A model generated the notes under the pieces. The model had not been told where the DNA came from. It saw only the letters and a program-made list of their open reading frames with translations, and ran no database searches. From assembly GCF_001458695.1 (NCBI RefSeq), contig NZ_LN885086.1, forward strand, positions 2,940,001 to 2,972,000: a stretch of 32,000 nt of DNA, read 5' to 3'. Positions 8,380-17,089 of this stretch are shown here, one piece after another; the first letter of the stretch is position 1; each line of letters begins with the position of its first letter. A program made the position numbers and the translations under genes. The stretch is from Candidatus Nitrospira inopinata. Its GTDB lineage: Bacteria > Nitrospirota > Nitrospiria > Nitrospirales > Nitrospiraceae.

Positions 8380-9591
8380 TCACTCATCCAGACTCGGCTG
8401 CAACAGCAACGGGCCGTAAGACAGGGCAAAGAGCGCGTAGGCGCCGCTCCAGCTTGCCGCCGCCAAACCCATCGCAAGATGGCTCGCGAGGCCGGCAGCC
8501 GGACCAAAGACCCGAATGAGAGCGCCGAGAAACGCCAAAAGGTAGATGGTGACCGTCAAGGGCCCGGCGTGGCGGGGCCGTCCCGTGTGGCCCAAACTGG
8601 CGCGGGTCATGACCCCCAACGTCATCACGCCGATGGCGCCTGTCGTCAACGCATGCAGCGCGTCCGCCGGCGTCAACCCAATCCCGAGCAACGATCCTCC
8701 AAAGAGCAGCAACGATGCCACCACCCAGGCGTAACCTACGTGCAGCACCAAGACCAGCGGCTCCGGCCAAGTCAGCCAGCCTCGCCAACGCGCGAGACGA
8801 CCGGCGTTCACGGCGCCGGCAAGCACGAACAACCAACCGGTCGCCTTTTCATAAGGCGATCCCGTCCAGACCAGGCCGGACAGGACCACAAGCAGGATCG
8901 CCAGCCCGTCATACCGGGAAAACGGCGCCGGCCGTTCCGGCCTGTTCCGCGTCTCAAAAAACTCTTCGGTGAAATTCGGAATGATCCTTCCGCCGATCAC
9001 CGTCAGCAACACCAGGATGACGGCCAGCGCCATCCGAGGAGGAAGGTCCGCGCTCCGTCCCTCCAGCGTCAGAACGTGAAACGCGATATTGGCCAGGGCA
9101 TAGAGACTGACCAATACCCCCATCGGCGCATGTCTCCAACTGCGCGCCATGGCGATTTCCCGCCAGATCAGTCCGGCCGCCGCCACCAGAAAGGCCCCGT
9201 CCACCACCGCCGCGAGGGAAGCATCGACCCACGGCGTCGCGATCACCAGCCGCCCAGCGAGCCACAGAGACCAGAGTCCGATCAGCTCAATTCCCCTGAT
9301 GGGCGGCCGATCCGTCCAGTTGGGAACGGCGGTCAACATGAACCCCATGATGACCGCGGGCAGAAACCCGAAGACCATTTCGTGGATATGCCACAGCCTC
9401 GGCTGGTAGCGAACCGTCAGCCCCTCGACCCCGCTGAACATGAAAACCCACAAGGGAACGGCAATTCCGGCAAACAGGGCCGCGCTCAGAAAAAACGGCC
9501 GGAATCCCATCGAAAAGAACGCCGGTCCCTGGTAAGGGGCTTCTTGATCGAATCCGTGACTCATCGATACGAACGCGCGCGGCGAGGGCAC
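8380..9591 (-). CDS. nnrS: NnrS family heme/copper membrane protein
   Basis: About 12 TM helices. The N-terminal FFSMGFRPFFLSAALFA motif and conserved His residues are typical of NnrS. The start is uncertain: GTG 9591 or ATG 9564. Confidence 0.75.
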   Translation of the reverse strand: MPSPRAFVSMSHGFDQEAPYQGPAFFSMGFRPFFLSAALFAGIAVPLWVFMFSGVEGLTVRYQPRLWHIHEMVFGFLPAVIMGFMLTAVPNWTDRPPIRGIELIGLWSLWLAGRLVIATPWVDASLAAVVDGAFLVAAAGLIWREIAMARSWRHAPMGVLVSLYALANIAFHVLTLEGRSADLPPRMALAVILVLLTVIGGRIIPNFTEEFFETRNRPERPAPFSRYDGLAILLVVLSGLVWTGSPYEKATGWLFVLAGAVNAGRLARWRGWLTWPEPLVLVLHVGYAWVVASLLLFGGSLLGIGLTPADALHALTTGAIGVMTLGVMTRASLGHTGRPRHAGPLTVTIYLLAFLGALIRVFGPAAGLASHLAMGLAAASWSGAYALFALSYGPLLLQPSLDE

Positions 9592-9659
9592 ACAAGGAGA
9601 ACGACTAGAGCGGCCTTTCTGCTTTCAGAAGAAACGACTGAAACGACGAGATCATTGCG

Positions 9660-10424
9660 TTACCGCCACCCCTCTCCGCTGGTTCCACCGCCGAACCCGC
9701 CCCAGTTGCCGCCGAATCCACCCCGTCCGATCCCCCAATACTCGCCCTTTTGCAAGCGGCGGTAGGGGTGGCGCAGGTCGGGGCGGCTGATAAACCAAAA
9801 GGTCGAAGCGGCGACCGCGCTCAGCAGCACCGTCAACCAGAATCCCAGCCCCTTCATGTGCGTATGGGGAAGATCGCCGACGCGAACCTCCTGAGCCGGG
9901 GAAGCCAAGGCCACCACGGTTCGATAGAGCCCGTCTCCAAAATCGCCGCGTTCAATCGCCGGAAACAGATAGCGATTTCCCACGTCTCTTCTGACGTCTG
10001 GCGTGATGATCGGCATCATCCGGCGTCCCAACGCAATCGCCGCCTGCCGCTCCCCGACGGCGACCAGCAGCATGACGCCGTGCTCTTGTTGAGTGGAGCC
10101 GATGTTCCATTTCTCATACAGCCTGGTCGCATACTCATTGGCCGAGGGAAAGGGTTTGATCGTCGGAACCGTCACCACAACCATTTCGACGCCGGTTTTT
10201 CGCTCCAGATCCTGGCACACCGAGCGAATGCGCTCTTTCCACTCGCGATCCAACACGTGGGCGTGGTCGCTCACGTAGCCGAGCGGACCGGGAAGCGGAA
10301 TCCTCTCTTTGAGATGCTCGTAATAGGGAGACTGGCCTTGCCCCGTCCCCGTCGTCATGAGGCTCATCGCCAGGACGAAACCGGTCAGGTGAAGCAAACG
10401 ACGGCTGAGCCGCACCTTTCTCAT
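9660..10424 (-). CDS. TPM domain-containing protein (YgcG-like) with C-terminal TM helix and Gly-rich tail
   Basis: Signal peptide, then the TPM core YVSDHAHVLD...VEMVVVTVPT...HGVMLLVAVGERQAAIALG. This is followed by a TM helix and the tail GGFGGNWGGFGGGTSGEGWR. The start overlaps the upstream gene's stop (ATGA 10421-10424). Confidence 0.85.
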   Translation of the reverse strand: MRKVRLSRRLLHLTGFVLAMSLMTTGTGQGQSPYYEHLKERIPLPGPLGYVSDHAHVLDREWKERIRSVCQDLERKTGVEMVVVTVPTIKPFPSANEYATRLYEKWNIGSTQQEHGVMLLVAVGERQAAIALGRRMMPIITPDVRRDVGNRYLFPAIERGDFGDGLYRTVVALASPAQEVRVGDLPHTHMKGLGFWLTVLLSAVAASTFWFISRPDLRHPYRRLQKGEYWGIGRGGFGGNWGGFGGGTSGEGWR

Positions 10425-11209
10425 GACCGCCCTGCCTGTAGCTGTCCTAGCCGCCGTTCGACCGACACCACCAGCCGCCCAAGGCTCTCGAGATAGCGAT
10501 CCATCAAGCGCGGCACCTCCAGCCGCCCCGGCGAGCTATGACCGCGCTTAAGCGACCAGGCCTCCCGCAAGGCCGCGAGATCGGTCTCGCAACAGACTTC
10601 CAGATCCTTGAGCAGCGATTCCCCGTCAAACAGAGCCGGTCTGTCCAAGAGCCGTTGCACGCCCCGCAGCACCGGCAACAAGGACGTAATCGACAAGCTC
10701 AGCAGAATCGTCATGGCCTCGCCTGTCGCCTCTCCTTCAACCAATCGCTGCCGGAGGCGTACCAGGTTCCCCCGCAGCCCCTGCAAGACTTCACCGGCCA
10801 GATGACGATGATCGACGACGAATCCGACGAAGGGATCCTTGCCCCACAACAGGCGATGACAGTCGCGAATGTCCTGGCACTCAAGCGGAAAGACCGCCGC
10901 CGAGGCTCGGAGATCGTCGCTGGTGAGGAACAACGGCGCCACGATCAGTTCCTTGCCCCATTTCGCGTGCAGCGGGACGTACGGCTTCAAGACGGACAAC
11001 TCGCAGGACGACACGACCAGCAGAATGTTCAGATTCGACCGTCCCGGCAGGAAGTCTCTCCGCGCGGCGCTTCCGTAGAGCAGCACGGCTTCCAACCGAT
11101 CGCCGAAGGCCTTGATCACGTCTTGCACGTAGGAACGCAACAGTTTGTACGTTCCTTCCGGCAACCCGTCGATGCTCCAATGCGGAATCGACATCGCTTC
11201 ACCCGACAT
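10421..11209 (-). CDS. Nucleotidyltransferase-fold protein with substituted catalytic motif
   Basis: LLYGSAARRDFLPGRSNLNILLVV aligns to the Pol-beta/MNT signature GS-x(9-13)-SDxDLLVV, but reads SNLN. Candidate starts are ATG 11233, 11209 and 11194; I chose 11209. Confidence 0.65.
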   Translation of the reverse strand: MSGEAMSIPHWSIDGLPEGTYKLLRSYVQDVIKAFGDRLEAVLLYGSAARRDFLPGRSNLNILLVVSSCELSVLKPYVPLHAKWGKELIVAPLFLTSDDLRASAAVFPLECQDIRDCHRLLWGKDPFVGFVVDHRHLAGEVLQGLRGNLVRLRQRLVEGEATGEAMTILLSLSITSLLPVLRGVQRLLDRPALFDGESLLKDLEVCCETDLAALREAWSLKRGHSSPGRLEVPRLMDRYLESLGRLVVSVERRLGQLQAGRS

Positions 11210-12473
11210 CGTGGACCGCCCTGTCGCAGGCATGGGGGTCGGGCAGGAACCCCGCCGCCATGAAGCGATCAACCAGGCCGAACGGCGGCCTGCTCCGCAA
11301 CCCCGCCGTCGTGGACAAGATGCGATACCGAAGCCGCGTGTTCCGGTCCAAGGTTTTGAACACGCGATCCCGCAAAAACCCGATGACGGGATTGCCCGTG
11401 TTCCAAAAGAACACCTCCTCGTCGGCGAGCCGCTGCAACATGGTGACCTGCGGCCGGCGCAGGCGCTCGAATTGCTTCAAACGTTCCGCCGAGCAATCGT
11501 TCGCCGCCAGACAGTCGGGCAACAGATCGGCGAGCGTGACCGCGTCCACCATCGCCTGCATTCGCCCTTGCGACGCATGCGGATTCATCGCATGGGCGGC
11601 GTCGCCGATCAGCACCGCGCCGTCGGCCACCCAGGTCGGGGTCCGAACCCGGCCAGTCGGTAAAAACGCGGTCTGACTCCAATCCGTCAATCCTCGAAAG
11701 ATCGGTTCATCGGGCGGACTGATGGCCGTCCAAGCCCGTTGCAACGAAGGGATGCCTTGAGCCTTGACGCGGTCGTAAGAACCGGCGTCGATCATGTAGA
11801 GCAGAAACACGCGGCGCCCCGCCGCCGGAAACAGCGCGAGAATCGTGCGCTTGCCCACAAAATACTTGGCTTCGTCGATCGGAACAGGCGCTTCGATGAT
11901 GGCGATCAGATAGCCTTGGGGATAGAGATGTACGTCGGCGGGAATGCCCAAGGACTCCCGAACTTTTGAAAAGGCGCCATCGGCGCCGACCACCGCCTTG
12001 GCCCGCACCATGATCTCTTCGTCTTCCCTTTTGGCCGTCAGGCCGACGACTCGTCCGTTCTCTCGCAACAGACTGACGAAGGACGTTCCATACCACAGCG
12101 TCACGGCCGGTTGCGCGTGAATCGCGTCGAGGATGGCATGGTGCGCCACGTTGGGCAACGTCACCACCGCCCGATTGTAGGGAGGCGGCAAGTCGCCGTA
12201 GTCCACCGTGCAGAGCCGTTCGCCGCCCGCCCGACAAAAATGAAACAGCCGAACCGGCCGGACCGAGTCGGCTGGCAACTTATGCAACAATCCAAGCCGA
12301 TCGAGCACCCGCTGTCCGTTGGGTTGAAGAATCTCCCCGCGCAAGCCGCGAGGCGGCCCGGCGGCCTGCTCCAGCACGATCGTTTTGATCCCCTTGTGAG
12401 CCAAGGCCAGGGCCAAGACCGCCCCGCCCCCCCCTGCGCCCACCACCGCCACGTCCGCTTCTTCCTTTCTCAC
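11199..12473 (-). CDS. FAD-dependent monooxygenase/oxidoreductase (UbiH/PHBH fold)
   Basis: The dinucleotide motif VAVVGAGGGGAVLALALAHKG and the motif LIGDAAHAMNPHASQG are present. The preferred start is GTG 12471-12473, with GAGG 6 nt upstream and 11 nt after the PLD stop. The ORF-track start at 12527 (also GTG) would overlap the PLD gene by 43 nt. Confidence 0.85.
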   Translation of the reverse strand: MRKEEADVAVVGAGGGGAVLALALAHKGIKTIVLEQAAGPPRGLRGEILQPNGQRVLDRLGLLHKLPADSVRPVRLFHFCRAGGERLCTVDYGDLPPPYNRAVVTLPNVAHHAILDAIHAQPAVTLWYGTSFVSLLRENGRVVGLTAKREDEEIMVRAKAVVGADGAFSKVRESLGIPADVHLYPQGYLIAIIEAPVPIDEAKYFVGKRTILALFPAAGRRVFLLYMIDAGSYDRVKAQGIPSLQRAWTAISPPDEPIFRGLTDWSQTAFLPTGRVRTPTWVADGAVLIGDAAHAMNPHASQGRMQAMVDAVTLADLLPDCLAANDCSAERLKQFERLRRPQVTMLQRLADEEVFFWNTGNPVIGFLRDRVFKTLDRNTRLRYRILSTTAGLRSRPPFGLVDRFMAAGFLPDPHACDRAVHDVG

Positions 12474-12484
12474 CTCAGGCCTCG

Positions 12485-13057
12485 CTACGAGGGGTTCCAA
12501 TCCTCGAATCTGGCTTGATCGCGCCACATCGAAAGAAATTTGTCGCGCGCCTTGACCGAGAGATCCCGATCCCGAATGACGTCAAGCCGTTCATCATTAT
12601 ATCGATTGCCGCTGCCCGTATGATTCATCGAGCCGTTCATATTGATCTGGTCGTCGATGACCACTTGCTTCAGATGCATGAGTCCATCATGCCGGTTGAC
12701 CTTGACGGGAACACCAGCCTCCCGCAGAGCGGTCATCGCCGCCCGCTGCTTGGGATCGCTCAGACGTTGACGGTCCGTGATGATTCGCACGTCCACCCCC
12801 TGCTTATGCGCGGCGAGCAGAGCCTTGACCGCGGGGGGAAAGGTCATCCCATACACCGCCACATAAATATACTGCGTCGCCCGCTCGTAAATCCCCACCG
12901 CCCGTTGCAACGGCCTGTCTTCCGGCGCGTACCACACCTCTACCGAAGAGGCCGAAACTTCCCCGGCCGATGTTGTCGAGACGCAGCCTGCCGGCCATCC
13001 GAGGATGGCGACGCAACATCCGATCCAGAAGAAAACGCACAGCCGTAATCCGTTCAT
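12485..13057 (-). CDS. Secreted phospholipase D-family protein, single HKD motif (Nuc-like endonuclease type)
   Basis: N-terminal signal sequence. The motif HLKQVVIDDQINMNGSMN matches HxK-x4-D-x6-GSxN. 190 aa, the size of the single-HKD Nuc family. Confidence 0.85.
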   Translation of the reverse strand: MNGLRLCVFFWIGCCVAILGWPAGCVSTTSAGEVSASSVEVWYAPEDRPLQRAVGIYERATQYIYVAVYGMTFPPAVKALLAAHKQGVDVRIITDRQRLSDPKQRAAMTALREAGVPVKVNRHDGLMHLKQVVIDDQINMNGSMNHTGSGNRYNDERLDVIRDRDLSVKARDKFLSMWRDQARFEDWNPS

Positions 13058-13431
13058 TCAAGATCAAAGAGCGCGCGAAACTGCTCCTCCGACGCCTCCC
13101 AGGCCTCGGGCGCATGCGTCTGAAGCCATCGTCCAAGAAATTGTTTCTGCTCCGGCGTCAGCATCTGCTTGATCTGGTGAGACCGTCCTTGAAGCGGCTG
13201 AAGAAACCCCACGCGTTTCGCCACGTCCAAGGCGGCGGTTCGGACATAGACATTGGTGAACGCCGAGGGTTTATCCTCCTCGCCTTCGCCCTGCACCCAG
13301 ACGGACAAAAACCGCTCGAGCGTCAGGCCGGCGCTATCCATCGCCGGTTCGGTATCATGAAATAGCTCGTTCTCCGATTCCACCATCGGCGCGCCGTCGC
13401 CGACCCGAAAGAGAAAATTCTTTTTCCACAT
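13054..13431 (-). CDS. hypothetical small acidic protein, translationally coupled to the PLD gene
   Basis: The stop overlaps the PLD ATG (ATGA 13054-13057). From ATG 13431 the product is 125 aa with about 20 D/E versus 13 K/R. The upstream 70 codons of the ORF-track ORF use rare codons (tta, ata, cta) and lower GC3, so I exclude them. No family recognised. Confidence 0.5.
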   Translation of the reverse strand: MWKKNFLFRVGDGAPMVESENELFHDTEPAMDSAGLTLERFLSVWVQGEGEEDKPSAFTNVYVRTAALDVAKRVGFLQPLQGRSHQIKQMLTPEQKQFLGRWLQTHAPEAWEASEEQFRALFDLE

Positions 13432-13722
13432 AAGGAATGGCTCCGGAGCTTCTAATATCAAAACCCATTTCTTGCCGGAGGCTAGTCCCGGACTTCTCAC
13501 CCACGGACAAAAGAAGCTGGCATAGTGGAGAGGAAGTCTTGCAAAGTCAAGCAACGCACCGGACCGCAGTAAAGAACTCGCCTCTTTCCCCTTCGCACAC
13601 GCGCAACCGGATTCCAGCTTCCGAAGGATGTCGCTTTGCATTCTCCTCCCGTCCCGAAAACCGGTCGGCCGGTCTCACGCTTCAACAATGGCCCTCGGGC
13701 ACTCCACTCAAAGACCATCACC

Positions 13723-13752
13723 TTGACAACCGTGGAGCCCCTTTGTTAGGTT
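13723..13752 (+). promoter_or_regulatory. possible promoter of the sulfur-carrier operon
   Basis: A perfect -35 TTGACA at 13723-13728, then 17-18 nt to a weak -10 (TTAGGT/TAGGTT, 13746-13752). It lies about 40 nt upstream of ATG 13792. Confidence 0.25.
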
Positions 13753-13791
13753 GGCAAAATCCCTAATCTCTAGGCCAACTTGGGAGCATTC

Positions 13792-13992
13792 ATGCAGGTC
13801 AAAATCAATGGAAAAATCGAGGACGTGTCGAGCGGAACCCTCCTGGATTTGCTCAAAAGCAAGCAGATCGAACCGCAGATGGTCGTGGTCGAGGTGAACG
13901 ACAAAGTCGTGGATCGCGACCGCCTGGCGACGACTCCCGTCTCCGATGGCGATCAGATCGAGTTCTTGTTCTACATGGGAGGCGGTCGATGA
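13792..13992 (+). CDS. thiS: ThiS-family ubiquitin-like sulfur carrier protein, C-terminus ...YMGGGR
   Basis: MQVKINGK...LLDLL...VVVEVNDKVVDRD...VSDGDQIEFLFYMGGGR. GGGAG lies 6 nt before ATG 13792; the ORF-track TTG 13780 is less likely. The stop overlaps the next ATG (ATGA 13989-13992). Confidence 0.85.
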   Translation: MQVKINGKIEDVSSGTLLDLLKSKQIEPQMVVVEVNDKVVDRDRLATTPVSDGDQIEFLFYMGGGR

Positions 13993-14918
13993 TCTCCGAT
14001 CTTCACAAAGACATCACCGAGCTGATCGGTCGGACCCCGCTTGTTCGGCTGAACAGACTCTCGAAGCTCGACTCCGCGACAGTCTACGGCAAGGTTGAAT
14101 TTTTCAACCCCGCCGGCAGCGTCAAGGATCGGATCTGCCTCAACATGATCAACGAGGCGGAGCGCCAAGGGAAGCTCAAACCCGGCGGGACGATCATCGA
14201 GCCGACCAGCGGCAACACCGGTATCGGACTCGCCATGATCGCGGCGGTCCGCGGTTATAAGCTGATCCTCGTCATGCCGGAAAGCATGAGCATGGAGCGG
14301 GCCAGTCTGCTGTCATCCTATGGCGCCCAACTTGTCTTGACGCCGGCGTGGGAAGGCATGAAAGGCTCCATTAAAGAGGCGGAGAGTATCTTGGCCCAGA
14401 ATCCGTCGTATTTCATGCCGGATCAGTTTTCAAACCCGGCCAATCCGGCGATGCATCGCTTGACGACGGCGGTGGAAATTTGGGATGCGTTGGACGGGAA
14501 GATCGACGCCTTCGTCGCCGCCGTCGGAACGGGCGGAACGATTACCGGATGCGGCGAGGTGTTCAAAGAAAAAAACCCGAGCATCCAGGTCATCGCCGTG
14601 GAGCCGGCCACTTCCCCTGTATTATCAGGGGGAGATCCCGGCCCGCACAAAATTCAAGGAATCGGCGCCGGTTTTATTCCCAAGGTGTTGAACCGTAAGA
14701 TCCTGGACCGCGTCATCACGGTCACCGACGACGAGGCCTATCAAACGGCCAAGCTGCTGGCAAAGAAGGAAGGCCTCCTGGTCGGCATTTCGGCCGGCGC
14801 CAACGTCTTTGCCGCCCAGAAAGTCGCCGACGAATTGGGACCGGGTAAAAACGTGGTGACCATTCTCTGCGACACGGGCGAACGGTACATCAGCATCGAG
14901 AAATACTTTAACATTTAG
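13989..14918 (+). CDS. cysK: Cysteine synthase (CysK/CysM family, PLP-dependent)
   Basis: 309 aa. PLP-lysine motif NPAGSVKDR, TSGNTGIGLA, GTGGTITG, and PGPHKIQGIGAGFIP. Collinear with Bacillus-type CysK as I remember it. Confidence 0.9.
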   Translation: MISDLHKDITELIGRTPLVRLNRLSKLDSATVYGKVEFFNPAGSVKDRICLNMINEAERQGKLKPGGTIIEPTSGNTGIGLAMIAAVRGYKLILVMPESMSMERASLLSSYGAQLVLTPAWEGMKGSIKEAESILAQNPSYFMPDQFSNPANPAMHRLTTAVEIWDALDGKIDAFVAAVGTGGTITGCGEVFKEKNPSIQVIAVEPATSPVLSGGDPGPHKIQGIGAGFIPKVLNRKILDRVITVTDDEAYQTAKLLAKKEGLLVGISAGANVFAAQKVADELGPGKNVVTILCDTGERYISIEKYFNI

Positions 14919-14998
14919 TCGGCCGCGTGCGGCACTCCCGCGGATCTGAGCCTTGAACGTCGAGGGCACACCGCGTTTCAGCGGAAACAGGCCATTTT

Positions 14999-15811
14999 AT
15001 GGATTTCACCGAAGAGCAGATCAATCGCTATAGCCGGCATATCCTGTTGCCCGAGGTCGGCGGGAAAGGGCAAAAGAAAATCGCCAAGGCCAAGGTCTTG
15101 CTCGTCGGCGCGGGAGGATTGGGCTCCCCGGCCGCCCTCTACCTGGCCGCCGCCGGAATCGGCCGAATCGGGCTGATCGACAGCGACGTCGTCGATTTGA
15201 CCAACCTTCAACGCCAAATTCTCCATCACACGCCGGACGTGGGTCGCCCCAAGGTCCTGTCGGGAAAAGAAAAGATCCTGGCGTTGAATCCCGACGTCGC
15301 CGTCTCGACCTATGAAGAACGGCTGACGGCGGGAAACGCCTTGAAGATCTTCGAGGATTACGACGTCATCATCGACGGCGTCGACAATTTCACGGCCAAA
15401 TTTCTGATCAACGACGCCTGTTTCTTCGCCGACAAACCGCTGATCCACGGAGGCATTCTGCGGTTCGACGGGCGGGTGACGACGATCGTCCCTAAACAAT
15501 CGGCCTGTTACCGCTGCGTATTCAAGGCGCCGCCGCCGCCCGGCCTGGTGGCGTCGTGTCAGGAGGCGGGCGTCATCGGCGTGCTGGCCGGCATCATCGG
15601 CACGATCCAGGCGACGGAGGCCTTGAAACTCATCCTGGGAATCGGACGGCCGTTGACCAACCGCCTGCTTGATTTCGACGCGAGAAAAACGCAGTTTAGG
15701 GAAATCAAGGTCCGCCGCAATCCCGATTGCGCCTTATGCGGCGAGCATCCTACAATCACCCAGTTGTTCGACGATGGAGATCCCTATGCCGGCTGCGCGG
15801 TGCGTCCGTAA
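14999..15811 (+). CDS. ThiF/MoeB/HesA-family E1-like adenylyltransferase (no rhodanese domain), copy 1
   Basis: YSRHILLPEVGGKGQKKI, the nucleotide loop LLVGAGGLGSPAALYLAAAGIG, DxDxVxxSNLQRQ, and zinc CxxC pairs CYRC and CALC; 270 aa. Confidence 0.9.
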   Translation: MDFTEEQINRYSRHILLPEVGGKGQKKIAKAKVLLVGAGGLGSPAALYLAAAGIGRIGLIDSDVVDLTNLQRQILHHTPDVGRPKVLSGKEKILALNPDVAVSTYEERLTAGNALKIFEDYDVIIDGVDNFTAKFLINDACFFADKPLIHGGILRFDGRVTTIVPKQSACYRCVFKAPPPPGLVASCQEAGVIGVLAGIIGTIQATEALKLILGIGRPLTNRLLDFDARKTQFREIKVRRNPDCALCGEHPTITQLFDDGDPYAGCAVRP

Positions 15812-15838
15812 CGGCCGATTGCCGAAGGTGGTGCAACC

Positions 15839-17089
15839 ATGAGCAAGATGAAAGCGTTGGTCTGCCGGGAATGCGGAAAAGAGTACCCGACCAAGGCGAT
15901 CCATGTCTGCGAGATGTGCTTCGGTCCCCTCGAAGTGAAATACAACTACGACGAGATCAAGAAAGTCGTCTCCCGCAAGACCATCGAAAACGGCCCCCAC
16001 AGCATGTGGCGGTATCTCGATCTGCTGCCGGTGGAAGGGACGAACCTCGTCGGCCCTCACGCCGGGTTCACCCCCCTGGTGCGGGCCAAGAATCTCGGCG
16101 CCTACCTGGGATTGGATGAGCTTTACATCAAGAACGACACGGTCAATCATCCGACCCTGTCTTTCAAGGACCGCGTGGTCGCGGTGGCCTTGACCCGCGC
16201 CCGCGAGCTGGGTTTCGAAACCGTCGCCTGCGCCTCGACCGGCAACCTGGCCAATTCGGTGGCGGCGCACGCGGCATCTGCCAATCTCCGATGCTACGTG
16301 TTCATCCCCGGCGATCTTGAGGCAGCCAAGGTGCTTGGCAACTTGATCTATCGGCCCCACGTCGTCGAGGTGGAAGGCAATTACGACGATGTCAACCGGC
16401 TGTGCAGCGAGATCGCCGGCGAACACGGATGGGCTTTCGTGAACATCAACATCCGTCCCTACTATGCTGAGGGATCCAAGACGCTGGCCTTTGAAACCGT
16501 GGAACAGCTCGGATGGAGGACGCCGGATCAGGTCGTCGTGCCGATGGCGTCCGGGTCGCTGCTGACGAAAATCTGGAAGGGCTTGCACGAAATGAAGCAC
16601 GTGGGCCTCATCGATGAGGTTCGCACCAAGATCAATGGAGCCCAGGCCGAAGGCTGCTCTCCGATCGCCACGGCGTTCAAGGCGGGTCGCGACTTCTTCA
16701 AACCGGTGAAACCCAAGACCATCGCCAAGTCCCTGGCCATCGGCAATCCGGCGGACGGCTATTATGCCCTCAAGGCCACGGCTGAGAGCAGGGGCGCCAT
16801 GGACATGGTCACCGACGACGAGGTAGTGGAAGGGATCCAACTGCTGGCCCAGACCGAAGGGATCTTTGCGGAAACGGCCGGCGGCGTCACGATCGGGGTC
16901 CTGAAAAAACTCGCCAAGCAAGGGATCATCGGCAAGAAGGATGTGACGGTCGCCTATATTACCGGCAACGGGCTCAAAACGCAGGAAGCGGTCATCGACG
17001 CCGTCGGCCGGCCGACCCGTATTCAGCCGAGCCTGGTGGCCTTCGAGAAAACCTTTCAATTGAGAAAAACCGACGGTGAGAACCCATGA
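15839..17089 (+). CDS. thrC: Threonine synthase-family PLP enzyme with N-terminal Zn-ribbon (ThrC or MetM-like homocysteine synthase)
   Basis: CRECG...CEMC ribbon, PLP lysine motif PTLSFKDR, 416 aa. AAGGTGG SD before ATG 15839. The stop overlaps the carrier gene's start (ATGA 17086-17089). Confidence 0.85.
   Translation: MSKMKALVCRECGKEYPTKAIHVCEMCFGPLEVKYNYDEIKKVVSRKTIENGPHSMWRYLDLLPVEGTNLVGPHAGFTPLVRAKNLGAYLGLDELYIKNDTVNHPTLSFKDRVVAVALTRARELGFETVACASTGNLANSVAAHAASANLRCYVFIPGDLEAAKVLGNLIYRPHVVEVEGNYDDVNRLCSEIAGEHGWAFVNINIRPYYAEGSKTLAFETVEQLGWRTPDQVVVPMASGSLLTKIWKGLHEMKHVGLIDEVRTKINGAQAEGCSPIATAFKAGRDFFKPVKPKTIAKSLAIGNPADGYYALKATAESRGAMDMVTDDEVVEGIQLLAQTEGIFAETAGGVTIGVLKKLAKQGIIGKKDVTVAYITGNGLKTQEAVIDAVGRPTRIQPSLVAFEKTFQLRKTDGENP

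Noticed and set aside
9617-9647. Short hairpin TTCTG-CTTT-CAGAA and direct repeat GAAACGAC-T-GAAACGAC between the TPM and nnrS genes
   Set aside because: The stem is only 5 bp with no U-tract. An 8-bp repeat occurring twice is weak evidence for a regulatory site without comparative data.
9660-9740. Gly-rich tail GGFGGNWGGFGGGTSGEGWR as a novel low-complexity element
   Set aside because: Gly-rich C-terminal tails after the TM helix are a common feature of YgcG/TPM-domain proteins.
8479-9765. 428-aa plus-strand ORF opposite nnrS (also 9750-10496 and 10538-11263, plus strand)
   Set aside because: Extremely R/P/Q/H-rich, low-complexity translations antisense to well-supported membrane, TPM and NTase genes.
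15734-17059. 441-aa minus-strand ORF opposite the ThrC-like gene (also 14978-15499 and 17874-18497 opposite the E1 genes)
   Set aside because: Antisense shadows. The plus-strand proteins have PLP and ThiF motifs, and the minus-strand translations are D/R/G-rich with no family features.
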